From: an uncultured candidatus Porisulfidus sp.
Lineage (GTDB): Bacteria; Pseudomonadota; Gammaproteobacteria; Poriferisulfidales; Poriferisulfidaceae
Direction of reading: 5' to 3'
DNA: 64,000 nt
Assembly (NCBI GenBank): GCA_965116025.1
Contig: OZ220480.1
Span: 1,888,001-1,952,000, forward strand
Shown in pieces: positions 49,205 through 57,810 of this stretch (positions are counted from its first letter, which is position 1; each line of letters starts with the position of its first letter). Both the position numbers and the translations under genes were made by a program. The notes beneath the pieces were generated by a model, which saw nothing but the letters and a program-made list of their open reading frames with translations, did no database searches and was not told the DNA's origin.

Positions 49205-50934
49205 TGCCCTCGCATGAATAGCTTGTCGAGCTGGTCGACGCTCAGTTGCACCCAAGTCGGACGGCCATGGTTGCACTGGCTGGACCGCTCGGTCTCCTCC
49301 ATGTCGCGCAACAGCACGTCCATCTCGTCCAGCGAAAGCTTCCGGCCCGCGCGCACGGCGCCATGGCACGCCATCGAGGAAAGCAACTCATTCTCTCTCT
49401 CTCGCACGCGCCCGCTACGCCCGTGTTCCACGAGATCCGCCACCACGTCTCGCATCAGAGTTGATGGATCGGCCTTTGACAACAGGGCGGGCACGGCGCG
49501 GACCCGCACCTGGGTCGGGCCACTCACGTCCACCTCAATACCTAGATCCCGCAACAGGTCTCCGTATTCCTCCACGCAGGCGACCTCGGACTCGCTCAAA
49601 CTGACGCCTTGCGGAACAAGCAGGGGCTGCATCCGCACCCCTTGCCCGTCGCGCGCCAACTTCAAGCGTTCGTAGGTGATGCGCTCGTGCGCGGCATGCA
49701 TATCGACCAGCACCATCCCCTCGGCGTTCTCCGCCAGAATGTAAATCCCGTGCAATTGCGCCCGAGCGAATCCCAAGGGTGGAACGCCTCCAGAAGCGTT
49801 GGACGACGATACCGCGCCAGCCTTCAGCGAAACGCCATCGGAGCGCTTCCCGACCGGTAGCGAAATGGGCGACTGCCGCGCCTGCGGATTCTCGTTCACC
49901 AAAGTCCGGAACCGCTCCACGTCGTGCCCGACATCACCGGGCCGCACCGCGCCGATCGCCTCGGCCACGCCGCGAGCGAGGATCTGGTGCACCTGGCGGG
50001 ACTCCCGGAAACGGACCTCCATCTTGGTCGGATGAACGTTGGCGTCAACCTCACCGGGCGGGGCTTCCAGATAGATCACGTAGCAAGGATGGCGCTGGCC
50101 GTAGAGCACGTCGGCGTACGCCTGCCGAATCGCGTGCGTCGCGACCTTGTCGCGCACGTAGCGCCCGTTGACGTATAGATATTGCTGGTCCGGCTGGCTA
50201 CGAGAGCAAGTCGGCAGCCCGACCCAGCCGTACGCCCGCATCTCCCCGAGAGCCTCCTCGAAGAACGTGGACTGCTCGGCGAACTCGCTCCCGAGCACGG
50301 CTTCCAGTCGGTCTCGTTCCGTCACCCCGTCGCCGATGCCCGGATAGCGCAACAGGCGGCGCCTGTCGTGACTGGCCTCGAAGTCCACTGTGAGGCGACC
50401 AAGCGCCAGACGACGCAAAACCGTGGCGATGTGCTTCCATTCAGTCGACGGCGCACGCAAAAACTTGCGTCGCGCCGGAGTGTTGTAGAACAAATCGCGG
50501 ACCTCGACCGTGGCGCCGCCGGGATGCGAGCTCGCGCGCGGCTCTTCCTCTGGCGCGGCGCCCTCGACACGCCAGCCATGCTCCGAGCCGCGCGCGAGGG
50601 AAGTCAAGGTCAGGCGCGAGACGGACGCGATGCTCGGAAGCGCCTCGCCACGAAACCCCAAACTCCGCAGGCTCCAAAGATCCTCCACCTCGCTCAGCTT
50701 GGAGGTCGCGTGGCGCGCGAGCGCCAGCGCCATCTCCCCGCGAACGATGCCGTGACCGTCGTCCACCACCGCCAACCGTCGCTGGCCCCCTTCCTCCACC
50801 TCCACCCGGACATGCCGAGCGTCGGCATCCAAACTGTTCTCCACCAGTTCCTTGACCACGGAAGCGGGCCGCTCAATGACTTCCCCCGCCGTGATCTGAT
50901 TGATCAGGTCCGAACTAAGTTTCTTGATGCCCAT
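49201..50934 (-). CDS. mutL: DNA mismatch repair protein MutL (endonuclease-bearing type)
   Basis: GEVIERPASVVKELVEN, GFRGEAL, DMHAAHERITYE, ACH, CNHGRP. Confidence 0.98.
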   Translation of the reverse strand: MGIKKLSSDLINQITAGEVIERPASVVKELVENSLDADARHVRVEVEEGGQRRLAVVDDGHGIVRGEMALALARHATSKLSEVEDLWSLRSLGFRGEALPSIASVSRLTLTSLARGSEHGWRVEGAAPEEEPRASSHPGGATVEVRDLFYNTPARRKFLRAPSTEWKHIATVLRRLALGRLTVDFEASHDRRRLLRYPGIGDGVTERDRLEAVLGSEFAEQSTFFEEALGEMRAYGWVGLPTCSRSQPDQQYLYVNGRYVRDKVATHAIRQAYADVLYGQRHPCYVIYLEAPPGEVDANVHPTKMEVRFRESRQVHQILARGVAEAIGAVRPGDVGHDVERFRTLVNENPQARQSPISLPVGKRSDGVSLKAGAVSSSNASGGVPPLGFARAQLHGIYILAENAEGMVLVDMHAAHERITYERLKLARDGQGVRMQPLLVPQGVSLSESEVACVEEYGDLLRDLGIEVDVSGPTQVRVRAVPALLSKADPSTLMRDVVADLVEHGRSGRVRERENELLSSMACHGAVRAGRKLSLDEMDVLLRDMEETERSSQCNHGRPTWVQLSVDQLDKLFMRGQ

Positions 50935-51030
50935 CCCGCTGGACGCCACGCCTCACCGTACTGATTTTCGCATCATACCAGCAAAATAGGCCGTCAAGGC
51001 TGACGCGCCCTCATTGCCGAACGCAAAAAA

Positions 51031-52767
51031 TCACGACCGGAACAGCCGATATTCGACCAACGCGGACTGGCCGATTATCTCGATGATCGTGACCGAGAGA
51101 TCTGTCCCATAAGAGTCAATCAGCCGCAACGGCTTGCCTAACCGAAACGGCACGGGCTGCCGCCGACCCTCGTCTATGGTGATATTGTCCACGTACAAAT
51201 ACGTGCGATCAAGCGAATCGCGTATTGGATTCAGCCTTCCTCGCAAGCCGGGTAGATTCCCGGAACCTTGAGCGAAAATAGTCGCGCCACCCGATTCGAG
51301 CGGCTCGAGATTAAGCGGCAATCTACCCCGGTCCGGGGTCCACTCCCGCTCAATCCCCGCGGCATACCCTAGCCCGGCGGCGTAGATCGTCATCGGCAAA
51401 TGCGTAGCGTATAGGTTCAGAGTCGCTTCACCAGACTCGTCAGTAACCGCCCGCACCCACGTCTTGTTGGGAAAGAGCGCGAGAACATCAATGCCTGCCA
51501 AAGGCTCGCCTCCAGAACGCGCCACGACTGTCGCGTCCGTCGAAACGAACTCCAATTGGGCGGAGGGAATGCGCAACATCAGATTCGATTCGTCGATCAC
51601 CTCATATACCGGTAGCGCACCGGTGGCTTCCCATGTTCGCTTGCGAATAATCTGCACGCCAGCACCTCGGCAATCCATCAGATATTTTCGATGCTCCGAC
51701 CTTGGCGCGTTGCCCACGGGAATGCGGCCGAACACGGAAGCGAGCGCTTCATTACGGGTTGCTTGGCTGAATTCCATGCCTTCAATAGTGATACCGTTCG
51801 GCAACCGCCCCGGCGAATCGATCTCCAGACGATCCTCGAACATGGACAGCCTAATTCGCCGCGATGATATGGAATAGTCGCGATGCACGACTGCGTTGAC
51901 GATAGCCTCGAAGACAGCGGTTTCGCTGTACTGCGGGATGTTTTCCCGCGCTGGCATCTTGCGCGCCGCGACTCGCATGTTGCGGACGACGAACCGCATG
52001 GCGTCCGCGATCTGGAGTGGCAACGGACCCACGATTTCCCGCGCGTCCAATTGCCCCGAAGCCCGATCCAGTCCGCGATAGCAGGTCGCCATGATGGTCG
52101 CTTGTGGCAACCAGTCCTGAGGCGAGGAAGAGCAAAGCAACACCCCGGCGACGGTCGCGCGTTCCACGCCAGCCTCATCCTGCGCCAGAAGGCGGAGATT
52201 CATCAGACCGTGCCGTGGATTGGTGGACTCATCCACACTGAGTAGCGACTCCCACAGTCGCTCACTGAGCGTCCCAAATCCAGTGTCGGGCACGATCTGC
52301 TTATCGAATCGCAGATAGCGGCTCTGCGCACGGTCTCGCGTTAACCTCAGGCACTCCTCCCTATGCAGGCGGCACTTGGTCGCGCCCACGCGGATGAACG
52401 CTCGCCCACTCCGCTCGTGAAGGGTCCCGCCGCGTGGCGCTTCAACAAGCAAAAACGCCTTGCCATCAAGCTCACGGTGGTAGGTATCAATGCGTAACGG
52501 TGGCTCTATGGCATCGGTACTCGCTTCCATCAAAAGGCGGTCAAGAGCTACCATCTGCTCCCGCGACATTCCCTGAATCGTTCCGTCATCAGCCACCCCA
52601 CATAGCATCACGCCACCGCTCGCGTTGGTGAAAGCACCCAGCTCATCCGCCAAATCGTCTAGATGTGGACTGGTCGGACTGTCGCCACTGAACTTGATTT
52701 GCTTGAATTCCCAGCGGCTGTCCTCACCCAAGCGAAGTTGTCGACGGATGTCGTCGTCTTGGATCAT
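51031..52767 (-). CDS. Schlafen/AlbA_2 domain + HATPase_c_4-like protein with an extra C-terminal beta-rich domain
   Basis: GEDSRWEFK, AFTNASGG..GVADDG, EAIVNAVVHRDY, SPGRLP, TRNEAL. Confidence 0.8.
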   Translation of the reverse strand: MIQDDDIRRQLRLGEDSRWEFKQIKFSGDSPTSPHLDDLADELGAFTNASGGVMLCGVADDGTIQGMSREQMVALDRLLMEASTDAIEPPLRIDTYHRELDGKAFLLVEAPRGGTLHERSGRAFIRVGATKCRLHREECLRLTRDRAQSRYLRFDKQIVPDTGFGTLSERLWESLLSVDESTNPRHGLMNLRLLAQDEAGVERATVAGVLLCSSSPQDWLPQATIMATCYRGLDRASGQLDAREIVGPLPLQIADAMRFVVRNMRVAARKMPARENIPQYSETAVFEAIVNAVVHRDYSISSRRIRLSMFEDRLEIDSPGRLPNGITIEGMEFSQATRNEALASVFGRIPVGNAPRSEHRKYLMDCRGAGVQIIRKRTWEATGALPVYEVIDESNLMLRIPSAQLEFVSTDATVVARSGGEPLAGIDVLALFPNKTWVRAVTDESGEATLNLYATHLPMTIYAAGLGYAAGIEREWTPDRGRLPLNLEPLESGGATIFAQGSGNLPGLRGRLNPIRDSLDRTYLYVDNITIDEGRRQPVPFRLGKPLRLIDSYGTDLSVTIIEIIGQSALVEYRLFRS

Positions 52768-52875
52768 CACGCCACTACCCGGTGTGAAAGATTCATGTTG
52801 CAAGCGCGAGCCTCGCCGAACGAGAGATCGGGAAGGAGCGTCGTTCGGGAAAGGAAGCGAGATTTTTGCTGGTGC

Positions 52876-53292
52876 TCATCGCCATGCTCTACAGCTCATA
52901 GTCCCGTATAGGATAATGACACTGTCAATGAAATTCGTTGCGACACCCAAACACGCCTTCAGCCTCTCTTCGTCGTAATCGCGCGGTACGTTGGTCCGAG
53001 CGTCAGCGTATCGCAACCAATGCTCCAGCGGCACTGATAGCTACTGATTCTCATGCGCGATACGAAACACGGGCTTTGAGCTGTTGGGCAGGTCAGCAGA
53101 GCCGAGGCACTCGGCCAGATGGAGCTTCAACGCCTTCCACAAGCAGTCATAGCAGATTTTGAAGCACCGGATGATGGATTCAGCGATTCCCTCGCGATCC
53201 AAGTCGGAGAGCACCGAACTTTCGCGCCGATGGTTAGCGTACTGCTTCTCCAAGCACTTCAGGGCCAACTCAAATTTCCCACAGTCGATCAT
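52876..53292 (-). pseudogene. HEPN (HI0074-like nucleotidyltransferase substrate-binding) pseudogene
   Basis: DREGIAESIIRCF.ICYD.LWK..K..L, PNSSKPVFR; in-frame TAG at 53041-53043, after which the frame continues (W..YADARTNVPRDYD) to TGA at 52876. Confidence 0.7.
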
Positions 53293-53636
53293 AAGAATCG
53301 ACTTCTAAGCGCAACAATATATTCAGCACAAAACCGACATCTTGATGACCCCACCTGTATCCGACTCCTTTCCAAGCCGCACTTCGGGGGGTGTCACGCA
53401 TCCCTTGCCAGAATCGCGCCTCTGCATCACCGCCAAGAAATCGGACTGGTTCAGCGAGAATCATGCTCTGGTCATCCATTCCAGAAACTCAAGATATCGA
53501 GATTCTCGATCACCGAATCCAGCGGGACCGCTCGCTCTACTACCTACGAAACTGCGTGATCGGGCTCTTCGCCTTGTCCTCTATGAGAAACCGCATTACG
53601 ACTCGGACAGCAGTCGGCCAGCGTAGGAACAGCCAT

Positions 53637-54245
53637 TCACGAATTCGTCCGTCTCATAGGCCTGCGTAGATCATACTCGCAGTTGGCACGGTTGCGAAAG
53701 GCGGCCTCAATCAGAAACTTGAGCGCTCCTCCCTGGTTTATTCTTTCCCATGGAGCAACCGAAATTTTGACATCCTGTTCCATAAAATTATCGATGATTC
53801 GGTCAGGCATATACGGATATCGACGCTCGTATTCCGCTCGCTCCTCGACGTGCATCCACTCATCAACATCCGGGTACAGCAGCTCCTTCTCTTCATTCCC
53901 ATGGGGCGCGTGGAAGCGGCCAGGAGATATTCCCGGAAGATTGATAACGACTATCCCCGACTTCTTATTCACCGAACCGTCGTACATGCTCGAGTGAATT
54001 TCCCAATCGACATGCTTTCGGCGTTTAGTCTCTCTGCCGACTAACACTATGGTCACGGTCGAGTCCTTGAGATATTCGTCACGAATAGCGCGGCGTATTC
54101 GCTCGTCGCTCCAATCACTCGGGATGTCGCCAGTGTCGACGGACCGATCTACAAAAACTGAATGCTCTTTTCCAAATTCGACCAGATCTTCCTTGTATTT
54201 CTGATCGTCGCGGTGATGGTAACTAATGAATACCTTATGCATCAT
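53637..54245 (-). CDS. ThsB-like TIR domain protein (DUF1863/MTH538 type)
   Basis: KVFISYHH..D, IRDEYLKDSTVTIVLVG, RKHVDWEI with the catalytic Glu. Confidence 0.88.
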   Translation of the reverse strand: MMHKVFISYHHRDDQKYKEDLVEFGKEHSVFVDRSVDTGDIPSDWSDERIRRAIRDEYLKDSTVTIVLVGRETKRRKHVDWEIHSSMYDGSVNKKSGIVVINLPGISPGRFHAPHGNEEKELLYPDVDEWMHVEERAEYERRYPYMPDRIIDNFMEQDVKISVAPWERINQGGALKFLIEAAFRNRANCEYDLRRPMRRTNS

Positions 54246-55062
54246 GCCCTCCATTAGCAAGAGCGTTGCGTAGCCCCCGTGAAATGAGAGCCACGGCTTC
54301 CTGAATATGAGGAGTGCGGGCCAAAATAGCGTTCTCGTCGCGAGACAATCCGTTGTGCAGGTCGTCTGGCGAATATTTTTGGAAACGATCCCGACCAACC
54401 CATCCATTACGCGAACCGGCCCAGCGCTCGGCGATGCCAACTGTCTCCGCGATATCACGCGCGCACCCTCCGAATCCCCCTATGAGGAACACAGGCTGAC
54501 CTGCTTCAAGAGACAAATATGCCTCCTCGGCGATGCCGGGCATCACCCCTTTGTAGCCCTCGATTCTGCCGCCGAGCATGATTCGCGCCTGAATGTCCTC
54601 GCGCATGGTGGTTCGCATCGATGTAAGTCCTACCGTCCACTCATCTTCATCCGGCTCATGTGGTCGTAACGTCAGCCGTTGCTTTTGCGCGAGACGCGTA
54701 CCATCCAGCGCAAGGAAGACGATATGACTGCAGGGCTCATGTTCAGCAGAGGACGCGACAATCTCGTCCGGCGTCATGCGGATATGCACCGGCCAAGCCA
54801 AATAGTCAGTTACGGAGACTTCCCCACGATGTCGAGGATGATTCTGATAACGCCCCACCAACTCGGCTATAAGCTCCGTGAATCCATGTTGCTGCAGGTC
54901 TCCACCGTAGGCTAGGCTTCTTCCCGACGCGAGTATCTGGAGAGCGATCTCGGCCATCGCGTCATGCAGATGCCGGTCGCTCAACCCCAAGGACCACAAA
55001 TCCGGACTCTCTGAAACCGAGACCCCGACGGTATTCAATCTCTCGATATTTGGTGTGGTCAT
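54235..55062 (-). CDS. Stand-alone SLOG domain protein (LD_cluster2-like)
   Basis: VGVSVSES, LAYGGD, RIMLGG, PGIAEEA, PVFLIGGFGG. Confidence 0.82.
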   Translation of the reverse strand: MTTPNIERLNTVGVSVSESPDLWSLGLSDRHLHDAMAEIALQILASGRSLAYGGDLQQHGFTELIAELVGRYQNHPRHRGEVSVTDYLAWPVHIRMTPDEIVASSAEHEPCSHIVFLALDGTRLAQKQRLTLRPHEPDEDEWTVGLTSMRTTMREDIQARIMLGGRIEGYKGVMPGIAEEAYLSLEAGQPVFLIGGFGGCARDIAETVGIAERWAGSRNGWVGRDRFQKYSPDDLHNGLSRDENAILARTPHIQEAVALISRGLRNALANGGHDA

Positions 55063-56225
55063 GAGCGTTTCTCCAGCCAATCCGCCAACGTCCTCACACG
55101 AACATCCGGCGCAATCTCTCTGAACAGCCGTTCTTCATCCGCGCTCAACAGTGGTTCAGGATAAACGATTGTCGGGGTCGACTCTCCATCGCAAGAAGGC
55201 AATGCCGCCAATGCGATCAACTCCGGGGGCCGGGCCGTAAACACAACCCCCGACGAATCCGCCAAATGGCATCCTACCTGACAGAGCCATAGCCATGTGC
55301 GGAAGACCTCGTCCAAGAGATAGCTCACAACGATGGAGATCTTGTCCATCTGGTCGGGGTCCATGCGTACGACCGGCACATTGCCGAGATAGGCCATTCC
55401 CCTTGGATCGATATCCCGCACACAATCGACCACGACCATCGGCACCAATCGTCGCTTCGCCTCAATAATCTCGCGCCGGCACCACTCGCGCGACGAGTAT
55501 GAAGCGGAATGCACCGCCACGACAGCCCCAGCATCAATCTGATGCAGAAGAACATCCCCGAATGGCAACCCCGGTGGAATGTCGTGGATGTCAAAGAAGC
55601 TATCGAGCGGGCTGTGTTCATAGATCCAGTCGCGAATGCGATTTCCCACCGATTCGCCATCTCCGTCATGTTTCGAGTGGCTAATAAAGACCTGTATCTT
55701 TTCCAAATATCTTTCATACGCCACACTTCCACCCTCGACGCTTTGATGCGCATCTATGCGATGTCGCAACATGCGACAAAATTCGTGGGTCAGTTCCAGC
55801 ATGAGACGCTGAGATCGCCCCATATCAGTTCCATCCCAGCAATTCCAACGCAGAGCTTGTTGCTCAAAATTTGCTTCGACACCCCGGTCATCCATCGTCA
55901 CGGGGAAGAAGCCAGCGGGAATGCCTTTATCGCGCGCATCCCGCGCGATCCCATGCACATATTCAACCCAAGCTGGATCATCAACAAGCGTCGCTTCCGT
56001 CAAAACAACGACAGCGGTGAGATCCGCATCGTTCCAATTGATCGATGAAGGAGTGCGCTCGTCCTGAATCGGCACGCTAAGTCCGAAGACGTTGATACCA
56101 TGCGGCGCGCCAATGGACATGCTGGAATCGCGTCCAAAGCGTTCGTGAAATTGCTTCGCGATTTCACGGCCTCCCGTGTACGAGGGATGCCATATCACGT
56201 ACAACGAGAAGAGTGGGCGCGCCAT
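55059..56225 (-). CDS. TIR domain protein with an N-terminal TIR-like domain and a C-terminal PPEL..YPEP module
   Basis: VFISHSKHDG, FFDIHDIPPG, YSSREWCRREI. Confidence 0.85.
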   Translation of the reverse strand: MARPLFSLYVIWHPSYTGGREIAKQFHERFGRDSSMSIGAPHGINVFGLSVPIQDERTPSSINWNDADLTAVVVLTEATLVDDPAWVEYVHGIARDARDKGIPAGFFPVTMDDRGVEANFEQQALRWNCWDGTDMGRSQRLMLELTHEFCRMLRHRIDAHQSVEGGSVAYERYLEKIQVFISHSKHDGDGESVGNRIRDWIYEHSPLDSFFDIHDIPPGLPFGDVLLHQIDAGAVVAVHSASYSSREWCRREIIEAKRRLVPMVVVDCVRDIDPRGMAYLGNVPVVRMDPDQMDKISIVVSYLLDEVFRTWLWLCQVGCHLADSSGVVFTARPPELIALAALPSCDGESTPTIVYPEPLLSADEERLFREIAPDVRVRTLADWLEKRS

Positions 56226-56591
56226 TGATTCTTTGGTCCGCCGAATCAATGTCTCGACAGATCTCCCGGCAAGCGATGTTTCCCGGCATCAGAGTTAGGA
56301 AGCGAAAAACCATCACCTCCGCTATAGTCTTGGTCGGTCGAGCACAACCACACGAAGCAAATCTCCTTCCACCGTCGATCCATAATCACCACAACGCCTC
56401 ATATTCAGATGCCAAACCGTGCGCCCATTATAAAGTGTCCGCCTATCGACGGTCTCTTTCGACGATATTGAAGAGCAGGGAATTATGTAGGTAACTTGAC
56501 AAGACGGATTGTAATCCACCTACTACTTGACAAGAGATGTAATGAACATATGATATATCGTAACTTGAATATGAAAGTTATGGAGAGAGCG

Positions 56592-57524
56592 ATGTCGAGG
56601 AGAATCGCGAAGACCCTCGGGCTGTTCGACCTGATGAAGATGTATCCGACTGAGACGGACGCCGTTCGATACCTGGAATCCCTCCGATGGGGCGAGAAGC
56701 CGCGTTGCGTCCATTGCGGCGCGACCGACAAGATCACCGCCCAGAAGAAAGCGGGCGATTACTGGTGCGGCTGGTGTCGCCACTACTTCACGGTGCGATC
56801 CGACACCCCGCTGGAGCGATGCAAGATCGACCTGCGCAAGTTCATCTACGCGGCCTATCTGCTGATGACCTCCCGCAAGGGGATCAGTAGCCTGCAGCTG
56901 AGCAAGGAGCTGTCCGTGCAGCAGCGCACCGCCTGGTATATCCTGCATCGTCTGCGCGTGGCCTGCGGCGGCAAGCTGGAGCCCCTGCGCGGGACCGTGG
57001 AGGTGGACGAGGTCTATCTCGGAGGGCGGGAAGCCAACAAGCACGAGAGCCGGAAGGCGCATGGCGGGCATTTCGCCGAGAAGCAGATCGTGCTGGGGAT
57101 GCGCGAGCGAGGCGGGCGCGCGGTCGCCTTGCCGATCGAGCGCGCCGACAAGCCCACCCTGCAAGGGGCCGTCCACCGGCATGTCCAGCCGGGAACCACG
57201 ATCTGCACGGACGAGAACCCCTCCTACCATGGCGTCGCTCGCCGGCATCGCGCAGTGAACCACAGCGCGAAGGAATACGTCAATGGCATGGCGCATACGA
57301 ACGGGATCGAATCGGTCTGGGCGGTGCTCAAGCGCGGCTTCGACGGCGTCTACCACAACTGGTCGAGAAAGCATTGCCGCCAATACGTCAACGAGTTCAT
57401 GTTCCGTCTCAACGAGGGGAACTGCGAGCGCGACACCCAGGACCGCCTGGACGATCTGTTCCGGGCCATGATGGGCAAGACGATCACGTACGAGGATCTC
57501 ACCGCGTCCGGGGAAGGCTGGTAG
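56592..57524 (+). CDS. IS1595-family (ISXO2-like) DDE transposase
   Basis: Zn ribbon CVHC..CGWC, KGISSLQL HTH, VEVDEVYLGG, TDE, HTNGIESVW, YVNEFMFR. Confidence 0.95.
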   Translation: MSRRIAKTLGLFDLMKMYPTETDAVRYLESLRWGEKPRCVHCGATDKITAQKKAGDYWCGWCRHYFTVRSDTPLERCKIDLRKFIYAAYLLMTSRKGISSLQLSKELSVQQRTAWYILHRLRVACGGKLEPLRGTVEVDEVYLGGREANKHESRKAHGGHFAEKQIVLGMRERGGRAVALPIERADKPTLQGAVHRHVQPGTTICTDENPSYHGVARRHRAVNHSAKEYVNGMAHTNGIESVWAVLKRGFDGVYHNWSRKHCRQYVNEFMFRLNEGNCERDTQDRLDDLFRAMMGKTITYEDLTASGEGW

Positions 57525-57533
57525 CGGGAGCCG

Positions 57534-57689
57534 ATGAACCTTCGAGCGTTGGCCCGGGCCATCCGCGCGCTGATCCGAATGCGCTCGGTGCCCTACGTCC
57601 GCCCGCCGGAGCCGACCAGGAAAGACTTGGAGAGAAAGTTCCTGATGCGCGTCGATAGGAAGGGAAAGCCGACCATCAAGGAAGTCTGA
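57534..57689 (+). CDS. 51-aa basic passenger ORF inside the IS
   Basis: GGGAG RBS then MNLRALARAIRALIRMRSVPYVRPPEPTRKDLERKFLMRVDRKGKPTIKEV; fills the gap between transposase and right IR. Confidence 0.5.
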   Translation: MNLRALARAIRALIRMRSVPYVRPPEPTRKDLERKFLMRVDRKGKPTIKEV

Positions 57690-57810
57690 AGCCCGGCTTT
57701 GTCAAGTTACCTACATAATTCCCGAAGAGCACATTAGTTTGGAAATCAGGGTATTATGAGGCGAGCAATTTCATAATCACGTGAGGCTTTAAAGTCCCAC
57801 AGGTGGACAC

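Larger units (their letters stand above)
56478..57723 (+). mobile_element. IS1595-family insertion sequence, 1246 bp
   Basis: Perfect 25-bp inverted repeats GGGAATTATGTAGGTAACTTGACAA (56478-56502 and 57699-57723); 8-bp target duplication GAAGAGCA (56470-56477 and 57724-57731). Confidence 0.96.

Noticed and set aside
53293-53636. Possible nucleotidyltransferase remnant (GSRASG) or hsdS tail upstream of the HEPN pseudogene
   Set aside because: Too short and degenerate to support without a search.
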